Assembly: GCA_018303285.1 (NCBI GenBank) | Contig: JAGVYL010000002.1 | Coordinates: forward strand, 6,483 to 47,102 | Length of the DNA: 40,620 nt | Origin: Candidatus Woesearchaeota archaeon | Lineage (GTDB): Archaea > Nanobdellota > Nanobdellia > Woesearchaeales > GW2011-AR9 | Reading direction: 5' to 3' | Shown here: one piece after another, positions 28,832-37,479 of the stretch | Layout: the number at the start of each line of letters is the position of its first letter | How positions within the stretch are numbered: the stretch's first letter is position 1 | Notes under the pieces: generated by a model | The model's input: the letters and a program-made list of their open reading frames with translations, nothing else | Told to the model about the DNA's origin: nothing | Databases searched by the model: none | Position numbers and translations under genes: made by a program

Positions 28832-29711
28832 TTATTTTCTGTCTTCAATCTGCTTCTTTTTCTTTTCTTCTGCTAAATGCAGATAATTTTTATCTGATAC
28901 AATAGGTTTACCTATCTTCTGCTCTAGTTCTGTTCGAGTGTGTTTAGCAATATCGCCGCCTTCTTTGGCAGTGCTTACTAATTCTGGAATTCCTTTTGCT
29001 AATCTTTCTAAACAAGAAACTTCTGTTGCAACAATGCCGGAAGGAATTGTGAAGGGCATTACTTTTTTGCTTCCGATGTTCCCAATCGGTCATATGGTCT
29101 CTGAGGTTTTGATTTGACTTACTCAGTCCTTTGAATTGTTTGTATTCTCCAACCGTCTTGCCAAATGTCGCTTTAGAGATTTCAGTAGTAAGAATAGCAA
29201 AATCTTTCTCATTCTCAGCGCCCCTGTTTTTCCACTCATCTGTTAATTCTTGTCGAATAGCTATTCCTCGCAGTCTTTTTTCTATCCATGCAGGAGGATA
29301 ACCTTTCATTTCATAATATCCCTTAACTCGGTTTTGAGCCAGTTCAGGGTTTTCTATTTCTTGGATGCGTTCATGGCCTACTTTAGCTAACCATAATTTG
29401 AATGGCTCTGCTTTTGGAGAAGTTACAGATTGGATAATTCTAAGCAAAGTTTCAGTATTAGCACAGTCAGTTTCGTAATATTTGCCATCTGGGGAAGGTA
29501 ATTTCAGGTGTACGATTTTTTCGTACAACTCGAATCCTTCTTCTTTCAGTCTTATCTTAAGATCCGACCAATACCTGCGAGGAATAGAACTTTCAGTTAA
29601 TACTGCAATGATGTCAACGATAGAAAAAAACCACTGACCTTCGTGCAAAATCCGTCTGATGGTTCTATCTTGAAATACTATTAATCCATTCTTAGTCTCT
29701 TTTTCTACCAT
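28832..29711 (-). pseudogene. Bro-N domain protein, disrupted near 29078
   Basis: 'WFFSIVDII', 'PKAEPFKLWLA', 'RQELTDEW', 'NLRDHMTDWE'; expected C-terminus 'AKEGGDIA...IVS..NYL' continues in another frame (28832-29059). Confidence 0.8.
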
Positions 29712-29755
29712 CCTGAACCTTAAAATAACTTTCGTTTAAATATTTTCTTAAAACG

Positions 29756-29956
29756 CTAACGAACCAGGCGTAATGGGGAAAGTTCCATGCTAGAAGAGAT
29801 TCTTTCAACAATGTCATTTGGTAAGATTCCTTGAGTAACATTGATCATCTGCTTTTCAAAAGCTTTACGAAAACTTTTTGGATGGAGGTCGAGGGAGATA
29901 TCTAACGGCAAACAACGAACGATTTTATGACCAAAGTCTGGATGGAATCTTTTCAT
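29756..29956 (-). CDS. small hypothetical protein
   Basis: Strong SD GGAGGTGA (29962-29969) before ATG 29956; TATA at ~30081. Confidence 0.6.
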   Translation of the reverse strand: MKRFHPDFGHKIVRCLPLDISLDLHPKSFRKAFEKQMINVTQGILPNDIVERISSSMELSPLRLVR

Positions 29957-30007
29957 ATATCTCACCTCCAAAGGGAAATATGGTTTTATTAATTTTTTAT
30001 TTAGTAG

Positions 30008-30050
30008 TTTGTAGCGGGTGGGGGGAAAAGAGGAAACCCACCCTGCAAAC
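30008..30050 (-). promoter_or_regulatory. GC-rich stem-loop in the 5' leader of 29756-29956
   Basis: GTTTGTAGCGGGTGGG ... CCCACCCTGCAAAC. Confidence 0.5.
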
Positions 30051-30087
30051 CACGAACAAATATTAATGGGGGGCTGGGCTTTATATA

Positions 30088-30222
30088 TCCCGCGAGGGAG
30101 GTTGACCAGTGGCTAGTGGCTTGTTTTCAATATGGAAATAATAAAAACTAATATGATTAACTACTCTAACGGCGAGGCGTATTTTCGCGTTATGGGCCGA
30201 GCAACGACAAAAGTTTCCCGAA
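30088..30222. repeat. dispersed ~130-nt element, copy 1 (copy 2 at 35863-35985)
   Basis: Shared TCCCGC..GGGAG, CCAGTGGCTAGTGGCTT (17/17), ATTAACTACT, GGCG.ATTTT.GCGTTAT. Confidence 0.75.
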
Positions 30223-30251
30223 TAAATTTATAAAAAATCGGTAATTTTTGA

Positions 30252-30454
30252 CAATTCCACATAACAAGTGTTATGTTTAATTTTTTCTCCGCTCTATGAG
30301 TAAACCGAAAATGCCTGTCATTGATACCTACACCTATACGGAAAAGACGGAATTGCTTCGCAACTTTCTATAACAAGGTATAAGTGTAATTTTTACTTAC
30401 TAAACGACGAGAGGGGAAGTTCCGTAACGACTTAGAATTAATATAAAGTTATAG
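30252..30454 (-). repeat. attC-like structured repeat, copy 1 (inverted copy at 33027-33200)
   Basis: On - strand: CTATAAC just after stop of 30458 gene; blocks CGGAACTTCCCCTCT, TAAGTAAAAA, GGTATCAATG, GGCATTTTCGG, GCGGAGAAAAAA, AAACATAACA..GTTATGTG. Confidence 0.7.
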
Positions 30455-30457
30455 GAA

Positions 30458-30727
30458 TTAATCGGAATATCTTCGATATATGAACAAAGCGATAATTATC
30501 AAGCCGATGAGTCCAGCAATACCAGAGACAAGAAAGTAACCATTTGTTAGAATACTTAATGATTTCTTTCCTTGTTCTAAAGTATTATTGGCATATTCAT
30601 TTTCGCCTAGAGGACTTTCCTGTAACTCATTAAGTAACGAAAATAGAAAAACTATTATCAAGATAAATACTATCATACTTACTATTCCTTTAAAATCTAG
30701 AAGTTTTTCTAACATGAGATCATCCAA
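30458..30727 (-). CDS. small two-TM membrane protein
   Basis: Two hydrophobic helices; overlaps upstream gene. Confidence 0.7.
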   Translation of the reverse strand: MDDLMLEKLLDFKGIVSMIVFILIIVFLFSLLNELQESPLGENEYANNTLEQGKKSLSILTNGYFLVSGIAGLIGLIIIALFIYRRYSD

Positions 30728-31076
30728 TAGGTAATACGCTATTCATTTTAGCATTCATTAAAGTAAAGTATAAAATAATAATACAAAAAATCATAGCTAA
30801 TGATAAGTAAAAACTCCAATTAATTAATTTTTCATCATCTTTTTTAATTCCCATAAATGAAAGGATCAAAGAAGCTACTCCAAATAATATTAAAAGTGTC
30901 ATTAATATAGTAAAAACCATTATATTTTTAATTATAACATTCTGAAGAAACAGATTAAAAACGCCAACAGCGATACCTAAGAATATGAGTGTGCCGGTAT
31001 AAACTAATTTGGCGGCTTCAATACTCCAATTTTTAGGATTATTGGCCAAGCTTGACCTCTGTTTCTTTTTCATCAA
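30720..31076 (-). CDS. small three-TM membrane protein
   Basis: Three hydrophobic segments. Confidence 0.65.
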   Translation of the reverse strand: MMKKKQRSSLANNPKNWSIEAAKLVYTGTLIFLGIAVGVFNLFLQNVIIKNIMVFTILMTLLILFGVASLILSFMGIKKDDEKLINWSFYLSLAMIFCIIILYFTLMNAKMNSVLPIG

Positions 31077-31488
31077 CTTTTATCCAATTTGAATTCTTAA
31101 AATCATATATTTCGGCTTTAATTAACCAACTACCTTCCTGCACCGGCGGCTTTTCTGGTATAACAATTGAATGTTCTCCAACCCCAACATTTATTCGTTC
31201 TTCAAGTGAAATTGGTTTAAAGATAGGTAGAATCCAATGTGCTTCCACTTTCAATGCGTATTTTCCTTCCGCACCTTTCTGTTCAAACAATTGTATATAT
31301 GGCACTTTAACTGTTTGAATATTTAAGTAGTCAATTTTTGGATTGTTATCTGAGTCCAGTTTTATACCTATATGAACTTCTTGTCTTTCTTGAGTTGGAA
31401 CAATAAATAAAAATATTGCAATAATAAATATTAGTATAATCACCCCAGAACCAATTGCTACATTTCCTTTTTTAGACTTGAATTTCAT
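31039..31488 (-). CDS. class III signal peptide protein with beta-rich domain
   Basis: MKFKSKKG-NVAIG + hydrophobic stretch; starts 1 nt after MTase stop. Confidence 0.7.
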   Translation of the reverse strand: MKFKSKKGNVAIGSGVIILIFIIAIFLFIVPTQERQEVHIGIKLDSDNNPKIDYLNIQTVKVPYIQLFEQKGAEGKYALKVEAHWILPIFKPISLEERINVGVGEHSIVIPEKPPVQEGSWLIKAEIYDFKNSNWIKVDEKETEVKLGQ

Positions 31489-31489
31489 T

Positions 31490-32290
31490 TTACTTCACAA
31501 TATTAATTTCAACATCTTCCCCGATTTTTTTCTGCACTGGTCTTAATCTCTTCTCAATAATCTTAAGATATTTCTCCTCTCGGTCTATACCAATAGAATT
31601 TCTTCCCATTGCTAAAGCAACCGCAGAAGTAGTTCCAGAACCAACAAATGGGTCTAAAACTGTTTCTCCGGGCTTAGTACAAGCTAATATTATTCTTCTC
31701 AGTAACTCCTCTGGCTTCTGTGTGGGATGTTCACCCGCCCATTTCTCTTTCTTTGATGTGAGAGGGATACTCCAGACATTTCTCGTTTGCTTACCTTTTG
31801 GGTTGATATCATCCCATATTTTATTTTTGGTGTCTTCATAATTAAATGTCCATTTCATCCCATTTCCATTTTTAGAAGCCCAAATAAGATGCTCAGCACT
31901 TTCTGTAAAAAATCTACAAGTAATATTCGGTTGGGCATTGGGTTTAAACCAGACCACATGATTATTTACTTTTAGATCCGTAAAGTTCTGAATAATATAA
32001 CCCAGTTGATAGATATTATGAAAAGAACCACAAACCCACAAGCTACCACCATGCTTCAAAACACGAGTACATTCTTTAATCCATTTAGCATTAAATTGAA
32101 AAAATTCATCTTTAGTAAAAATATCCCAGCCTTCCTGCATGGTAACGTGCTTACTATACTTCCATCCCAATCCTTTTTTCTTAGACATATTGTAAGGCGG
32201 ATCAGCGAAAACTAAATCCACGCTTTCGTCAGGAATGCCCTTTAATTTTTCTAAAGCGTCTCCAATTATGATTTTATGCGTAGTTTTCAT
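31490..32290 (-). CDS. site-specific DNA methyltransferase, N4/N6 beta class
   Basis: DPPY motif before 'DPFVGSGTT'; 'HPTQKP'. Confidence 0.93.
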   Translation of the reverse strand: MKTTHKIIIGDALEKLKGIPDESVDLVFADPPYNMSKKKGLGWKYSKHVTMQEGWDIFTKDEFFQFNAKWIKECTRVLKHGGSLWVCGSFHNIYQLGYIIQNFTDLKVNNHVVWFKPNAQPNITCRFFTESAEHLIWASKNGNGMKWTFNYEDTKNKIWDDINPKGKQTRNVWSIPLTSKKEKWAGEHPTQKPEELLRRIILACTKPGETVLDPFVGSGTTSAVALAMGRNSIGIDREEKYLKIIEKRLRPVQKKIGEDVEINIVK

Positions 32291-32427
32291 TTACCGTTAC
32301 CTTCAACCCATTCTTTCATAAGTGTGTTTATCTTTGTTGAAACTTTCATATCATTATTTTCACAACAATCTTTAAATTTATCCAGAACTTCTTTATCAAC
32401 CGTGATATTAAGCGGAACTTTTCCCAT
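32287..32427 (-). CDS. ribbon-helix-helix (CopG-like) regulator, not in ORF track
   Basis: MGKVPLNITVDKEVLDKFKDCCENNDMKVSTKINTLMKEWVEGNGK; SD AGAGGGGGT; ATGA overlap with MTase. Confidence 0.8.
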   Translation of the reverse strand: MGKVPLNITVDKEVLDKFKDCCENNDMKVSTKINTLMKEWVEGNGK

Positions 32428-32507
32428 TTTACCCCCTCTTTACTAATATTGATTAATAAATAGTAATATACATAACTCTTTTATAAAGTTTTCTAATCTC
32501 CATTCAT

Positions 32508-33044
32508 ATGGTTCTGGAATGGAAGCCCAAAAAGAAAGATAAAGTACAAGCGTTTAAAGAATTCTCTCTACAAGACGGAGCAGTTATTGGCGTGTTTCAG
32601 GGTTCTAAAGGGAAAAATCCAGACTTAGATATTGTTGTAAAGTACAAAGATAAATTCACTAAGAGGGTGGTTAGGACACCAAAACATATCCATTGGGTAA
32701 TAGACTTACTTATCAAGAAAGAACATGACCAAGAACTAACTTTAGAATTCATAAATTACTTATTTTCTATGTATGATAAAATTCAACCATTCAAAAATAA
32801 AGCGGAACAGCAAAAATGTGAGTTAAAATTTACAAGTCCAGAAAAATTGAAAAAATATGCTCCATTAAATAAATTTGGAGAGCATTCTGTAGAATTTATT
32901 GGCCATATTATTGAGCTTCTAAGCATTGAGGAAAAAACAGGATTTGAGGGAGCATTCATGTTTAAGAATGTCCTTCAAGCACTAAAAGAAGAAAAAGACA
33001 TTTTCTCGATCGTATCTACCGCAACGCATAACGGAAGACTCTAA
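32508..33044 (+). CDS. hypothetical protein divergent from MTase (candidate nuclease/defence partner)
   Basis: 178 aa; TATA TTTATAAA ~32479; motif 'DIVVKY...RTPKHIHWVIDLLIK' and 'EEKT'. Confidence 0.75.
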   Translation: MVLEWKPKKKDKVQAFKEFSLQDGAVIGVFQGSKGKNPDLDIVVKYKDKFTKRVVRTPKHIHWVIDLLIKKEHDQELTLEFINYLFSMYDKIQPFKNKAEQQKCELKFTSPEKLKKYAPLNKFGEHSVEFIGHIIELLSIEEKTGFEGAFMFKNVLQALKEEKDIFSIVSTATHNGRL

Positions 33045-33200
33045 GCGGAACTCCCCCTCTACGAACCTAAACTTAACTTTAAGTAAAAACTCCGGTATCA
33101 ATGGCATTTTCGGCGGAGAAAAAACTCTGTGCTTCTCATAGCGATTGCGATGCTCGGGGAGACATAAAGTCTCCCAAACATAACATCGTTATGTGCAATT
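33027..33200 (+). repeat. attC-like structured repeat, copy 2
   Basis: CATAAC (33027) ... GTTATG (33193); same collinear blocks as 30252-30454; internal hairpin GGGAGAC/GTCTCCC. Confidence 0.7.
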
Positions 33201-33259
33201 TCTTCTTGGCCGCTCCCACTCATCCAAATCCTTTTAAATCTCCACCGTTTCCTTCTTCT

Positions 33260-33691
33260 ATGGCCGCTCATCGACTCCTGCTGCAACGAGTGAAGAAGCA
33301 TCTCCGTTCTGCAGAGTTAAGAAAAGGAGAAACTGTTTCAGTAGAAAGCAAGTTCTCTGCGGCCTTGCTGAGGAAATGTCTTAATGCCCTGCCGCTAGAA
33401 ATCCAGACTAAAGGAAACGGAAAAAAGCTGGCCGAAGCCACTCTAGATGATGAGATTTACACTTTTCTGGAATCTTTTTTGTTTAAAAGATACCAACCTA
33501 AAAAGAAAGCTGCCTTTTCCCTGCTGGCTCCGTTGACTGATGAAGAAGCAGTTAGATTGGCCCATTTTTTTGGATTTACCTTTAAACCAAAGCAAAAGAA
33601 TAAAAAGCTGAAAGTATTCCTTGAGAAATTAGGCGGAGAAGAACTGAAATTCCGTCTGCACAAGAGCATTAAGGAAGTAGAATCATTATAG
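33260..33691 (+). CDS. hypothetical basic protein (start 33260 preferred over 33101)
   Basis: TATA TTTTAAAT at 33232; upstream part of the ORF lies inside the repeat. Confidence 0.6.
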   Translation: MAAHRLLLQRVKKHLRSAELRKGETVSVESKFSAALLRKCLNALPLEIQTKGNGKKLAEATLDDEIYTFLESFLFKRYQPKKKAAFSLLAPLTDEEAVRLAHFFGFTFKPKQKNKKLKVFLEKLGGEELKFRLHKSIKEVESL

Positions 33692-33722
33692 ATCATAGCA
33701 AATAAAAAAGACGGTGAACTGG

Positions 33723-34736
33723 ATGAAAATTGCTTTTTTTGAGATAGAAAGATGGGAAGAGCCAATTCTCAAGGAGCAGCTGAAAGGCCATGAGCTTTTT
33801 TTCTCTGCTAAACCATTGGGAAAAAGCGACTTAAAGAAAATAAAAGACTTTGATATTCTCTCGGTTTTTATCTATTCTTATTTAAAGAAGGAGATGCTCA
33901 GCTCGTTCACAAAATTAAAACTGATTACTACTCGAAGCACTGGTTTTGATCATATCGATGTGGAAGAATGCAAAAAACGAAAGATTGCTGTGGCTAATGT
34001 ACCAACCTATGGAGAGAATACTGTAGCCGAGCATACTTTTGCTCTGCTCTTGGCTCTCAGCCGCAAGATTGTAGAAAGCGTGGGCAGAACCCGCAGAGGC
34101 AACTTTGACTTAGAAGGATTAAGGGGTTTTGATCTTAAGGGCAAGACCTTAGGAGTAGTAGGCTGCGGAAATATCGGCAGACATGTAGTGCGAATCGCTA
34201 AAGGCTTTGAAATGAAAGTTCTAGTCTTCGATGTCAAGCCAGACACTGCTTTTGCCAAACTGCACGGCTTCAGATATGTGCCTCTGAATACTTTGCTGGC
34301 TGAGTCGGATATTGTTACCCTGCACGTTCCTTTAAATTCGCATACTTTTCACCTGCTTAATGCCAAGAACATGAAACTCTTGAAGAAAGGGGCTCTGCTG
34401 ATAAATACTGCTCGAGGAGGACTGATTGAAACCGATGCTTTGGTCCAAGCCTTAAAGAAAAAACATCTGACCAGAGTAGCTTTAGATGTGCTGGAAGAAG
34501 AATGTGAAATCCGGGAGGAACGTCAATTGCTCAGCAGCCACTTTAAACAACATACGGCTAATAAATGCGATATTCAAGTGGCTTTAGAGAACCATATTCT
34601 CCTTGCCCAGGATAATGTGATTGTCACGCCTCACAATGCATTTAACAGCAATGAAGCCTTGATGAGGATTTTGGAAACGGATTTAGCTAATATTCATGGT
34701 TTCCTAAAGAAAGGCAAAATCAATCTAGTGAATTAG
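33723..34736 (+). CDS. D-2-hydroxyacid (D-lactate-type) dehydrogenase
   Basis: 'TRSTGFDHID', 'GVVGCGNIG', 'INTARG', 'LDVLEEE', 'TPHNAF'; SD GGTGA. Confidence 0.92.
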   Translation: MKIAFFEIERWEEPILKEQLKGHELFFSAKPLGKSDLKKIKDFDILSVFIYSYLKKEMLSSFTKLKLITTRSTGFDHIDVEECKKRKIAVANVPTYGENTVAEHTFALLLALSRKIVESVGRTRRGNFDLEGLRGFDLKGKTLGVVGCGNIGRHVVRIAKGFEMKVLVFDVKPDTAFAKLHGFRYVPLNTLLAESDIVTLHVPLNSHTFHLLNAKNMKLLKKGALLINTARGGLIETDALVQALKKKHLTRVALDVLEEECEIREERQLLSSHFKQHTANKCDIQVALENHILLAQDNVIVTPHNAFNSNEALMRILETDLANIHGFLKKGKINLVN

Positions 34737-34771
34737 TTAACTTTATATATTTCCTTTGTTTGACTAGAAAA

Positions 34772-35506
34772 ATGGTGAAAAAAAGAGCGGTGAAAGGAAA
34801 TGAAAAGAAGTGTACTCATTGTCACTCTCGTCTTTCCTGGCTTGTTTGGGGGATTGTAGCTATCCTAGTTGTTCTGGTTTTAATCTGGCTGCTAAATTTG
34901 CCCTCCGCCGGATTGTCCGGCAATGCAGCTTTGCAGACTGTTGCTTATATGCCTAAAGATAGCACTTTAAATTTTGAAGTGAAAATAGATGGATTAAAAG
35001 AAATGACTGTAACTTTCTCTGAAACTGTTAAAGATGCAGTCATCAAAGTTGATGAAATAAGCAAACCATCTTGGGAATTTGAGGGAGCTTTCTTGTCTGG
35101 ATTTAAAGTGGAATCTGCAGATGCGGATAAGATTAGTAATGTTAAATTTTTGCTGAAGATAAACGAAGAAGATTTTAAGCCCGTGGGATTAAAATTTGGA
35201 GAAGTGACTTTTTATAACGCAAACGGAGAGATGGAGTGGAAACTGATTAAAAAAGATGGCAGTTATCGATATTATGAAGCGGAAAGTACAGAATTAGGGG
35301 AGTTCATGATTGGCCGAGCAGCGATAGAAGCTATGCCCAAAACTCCAGAAGAAACAATCACTCCTGGGCCAGAAGTTTCTGAGGAAAAGCCGGTGGAAGA
35401 AAAAATAGCAAAAGAACAGCCAGTTGAGACCGCTCAACCTGTACAGGTCAAGAAGAAAAACTTCATCGGTCGAGCTTGGGCCGGAATAGCTAAGCTGTTT
35501 AGTTAA
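34772..35506 (+). CDS. membrane-anchored surface protein (PGF-pre-PGF-like domain)
   Basis: N-terminal TM then 'LSGNA'; 'YRYYEAESTELGEFMIG'; Pro/Glu linker. Confidence 0.65.
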   Translation: MVKKRAVKGNEKKCTHCHSRLSWLVWGIVAILVVLVLIWLLNLPSAGLSGNAALQTVAYMPKDSTLNFEVKIDGLKEMTVTFSETVKDAVIKVDEISKPSWEFEGAFLSGFKVESADADKISNVKFLLKINEEDFKPVGLKFGEVTFYNANGEMEWKLIKKDGSYRYYEAESTELGEFMIGRAAIEAMPKTPEETITPGPEVSEEKPVEEKIAKEQPVETAQPVQVKKKNFIGRAWAGIAKLFS

Positions 35507-35829
35507 GTTGTTTTCTCTTTTTGTTTTCTGGTTCGACGAGATAATTGGTGGGAGAAGTAATTGATGGTATTATCCTAAAAACTCATGCAGTATTAACAAA
35601 CACAATTTATCTTTTGCGCCCCGCCGAATGTATCGACTAAAAGGGTATGTATAATCTGTACCCACCCTTGAGCCAATGGTTCGTCCCTCTGCCTCATTTT
35701 ATTGATATATTGTTTAGAATCTGTAAGAACAAAGACAATATCTTCTATAACAAACCACCATTCATTTCCATGCCAAGTTTTTCTTATTCGCTTGCCTTCA
35801 AAAACGGCTAAGGCTTGATTTTGCTCCAT
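35503..35829 (-). pseudogene. internally deleted Bro-N gene
   Basis: 'IRKTWHGNEWWFVIEDIV...GWVQI.HTL' ends at 35593; C-terminal remnant SPTNYLVEPENKKRKQ at ~35505-35555. Confidence 0.7.
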
Positions 35830-35862
35830 TTTTAATGTATGAATACTTGAAGTTTATAAATC

Positions 35863-35985
35863 TCCCGCAGGGAGTTAGCCAGTGGCTAGTGGCTTATTTA
35901 GAGTATTGAAATGATACTATTAACTACTTCTATGAGGGGGCGGATTTTGGCGTTATTGGGGCTATTCAATCAAAGCTTTTTCGAA
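35863..35985. repeat. dispersed ~130-nt element, copy 2
   Basis: Collinear with 30088-30222; directly upstream of the TATA box (35853-35860) of the Bro-N remnant. Confidence 0.75.
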
Positions 35986-35989
35986 CAGA

Positions 35990-36216
35990 GTGTAACAAAA
36001 CTCGCCTGCTCGGAGCTATCGTCACTGCTGTGCCGGAACCTTTTTGTATAACTCAAAGGTATCGAAACTACGATTTCGGAACCATCCTCGTAAAACTCGG
36101 AGGTATCCCCGACCTAAACGCTAAAAAATCATGGATTTTTGGCGTCCCGGAAATATAGAGTATTTCCGTGAGGTCGGGGCTTTACGCTCCTCGCCTATCG
36201 GCGAGTTTTGGAACAC
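35990..36216. mobile_element. MITE-like element with 17-bp imperfect TIR
   Basis: GTGTAACAAAACTCGCC (35990-36006) vs GGCGAGTTTTGGAACAC (36200-36216), 15/17; nested stems CCCCGACCT/AGGTCGGGG, CGAAA/TTTCG. Confidence 0.6.
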
Positions 36217-36221
36217 GACAT

Positions 36222-36366
36222 TGCACGCTAAAGCGCGGGGCTTTAAACCCAGCAATGTCTTTGTAAAAAAAAATGCGAACTATCCCCGCTCTAAAGAGCG
36301 GGGCTTTTCCATTCGCATTTTTGAAACCTTAACAGCCTTCATCTCCACACTGAAGTGTGGAGCTTT
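36222..36366. mobile_element. IS200/IS605-type terminal hairpin relics (PATE-like), three hairpins
   Basis: CACGCTAAAGCGCGGGGCTTT, CCCCGCTCTAAAGAGCGGGGCTTT, CTCCACACTGAAGTGTGGAGCTTT. Confidence 0.6.
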
Positions 36367-36521
36367 CGGCTTAGTTAAGGTAAGAACTTATGTATGCCAT
36401 GTTGCACCTCTTTTTATTGACGATAAAACCATATTTTATAGACGAGAAGAAGTATTTAAAACTTATGAATTGTGGGACAGTCTGAAGTGTTACGCGGAAT
36501 TTTAAATAATTCATTTACTCT

Positions 36522-36947
36522 TCAAATATCCACAATCACTCTGGCCGTCCATCCGGCCTTCTCTTTCTTCACCTCAAAGAGATGCAGGGTAATGGCCTTG
36601 ACATCATTGCGGAACTCCTGAGTTTTCATGTTGAGCTTATCTCCTTTCAGCTCGGCCTGCAGAGAAAAATTTCCTTTCGCTTCTTCTACCTTTACTTTAA
36701 ACGCGGAGAAAACCAGCTGCTCTGCATCCTTAAGATAAAGCAGTTCTGAAAGGAAATCAAAGAGAAGCATCTCTACCTTAACATTTTGCAGCTTAACTAT
36801 TTTAGCAGTTTTCGGCTTGACGTCTTTTGTCTTGACCATAGATTCAGAGACTGCTAATGCCGCATTCTCAAACAATTCATTCAGACTTTTGCCATAGGCT
36901 TCAAACATAATGTCCGCGGTGTGCTCTAAGAATCTGAATTTGGCCAT
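36522..36947 (-). CDS. archease
   Basis: 'FLEHTADIMFEAYG..L.ELFENAA', 'DVKAITLH', 'VIVDI'. Confidence 0.95.
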   Translation of the reverse strand: MAKFRFLEHTADIMFEAYGKSLNELFENAALAVSESMVKTKDVKPKTAKIVKLQNVKVEMLLFDFLSELLYLKDAEQLVFSAFKVKVEEAKGNFSLQAELKGDKLNMKTQEFRNDVKAITLHLFEVKKEKAGWTARVIVDI

Positions 36948-36948
36948 T

Positions 36949-37479
36949 TTAATTGTCTCCCTGTACAATCAAACTTAGTTTAGCTACAAAATGGGTAGCA
37001 TTTTCAAATATTTCTTCCAATCGGCGTTCAGTGTATGTTTTTATTGCCGTATATCTGGCAATATGACTTTCGGTTTTAGCATCTTCAAAGTATTTTACAT
37101 ACTCATCTTCAAATATTTTGTATGCTTGGTTAAGAAGTTCCAAATCTTCTTTTTCCATTGCATCTGGTACAAGTAAATGACCTAAAGCAATCTGGGCTGC
37201 ATCGTGATCTTTAACTTCGTAACCCTTGTATAAAATAGCTGCTTTAGCCGCATAGAGCATAGAATAATACGAGATAGTAATAGCCCAATAATTCCAGTGA
37301 AGTTTCTGCGGCTGAGATTTACTGGGGTTTATATCCTTATGAAATTTAGCAATTTGCAAACTATTTTCTCCTTTCTGAAGAAAAAGTTTTATCTTGAACG
37401 GATTATCTGAAGGTACTATCCTGCCTGAACGCAAGAACTCTTTAAATTGTGTTTGATATACCGCTCGATTAAATTCCAT
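36949..37479 (-). CDS. HEPN domain protein
   Basis: 'WAITISYYSMLYAAKA...KDH', helical; coupled to MNT. Confidence 0.8.
   Translation of the reverse strand: MEFNRAVYQTQFKEFLRSGRIVPSDNPFKIKLFLQKGENSLQIAKFHKDINPSKSQPQKLHWNYWAITISYYSMLYAAKAAILYKGYEVKDHDAAQIALGHLLVPDAMEKEDLELLNQAYKIFEDEYVKYFEDAKTESHIARYTAIKTYTERRLEEIFENATHFVAKLSLIVQGDN

Noticed and set aside
33101-33259. N-terminal extension of the 196-aa ORF
   Set aside because: Translates the attC-like repeat; a TATA at 33232 supports the start at 33260
28832-35829. Provirus suggested by Bro-N and MTase genes
   Set aside because: No capsid, terminase, integrase or replication gene; housekeeping-type genes intervene
36131-36505. 124-aa ORF as a real gene
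   Set aside because: Runs through MITE and IS605-like hairpins with no recognisable domain or promoter
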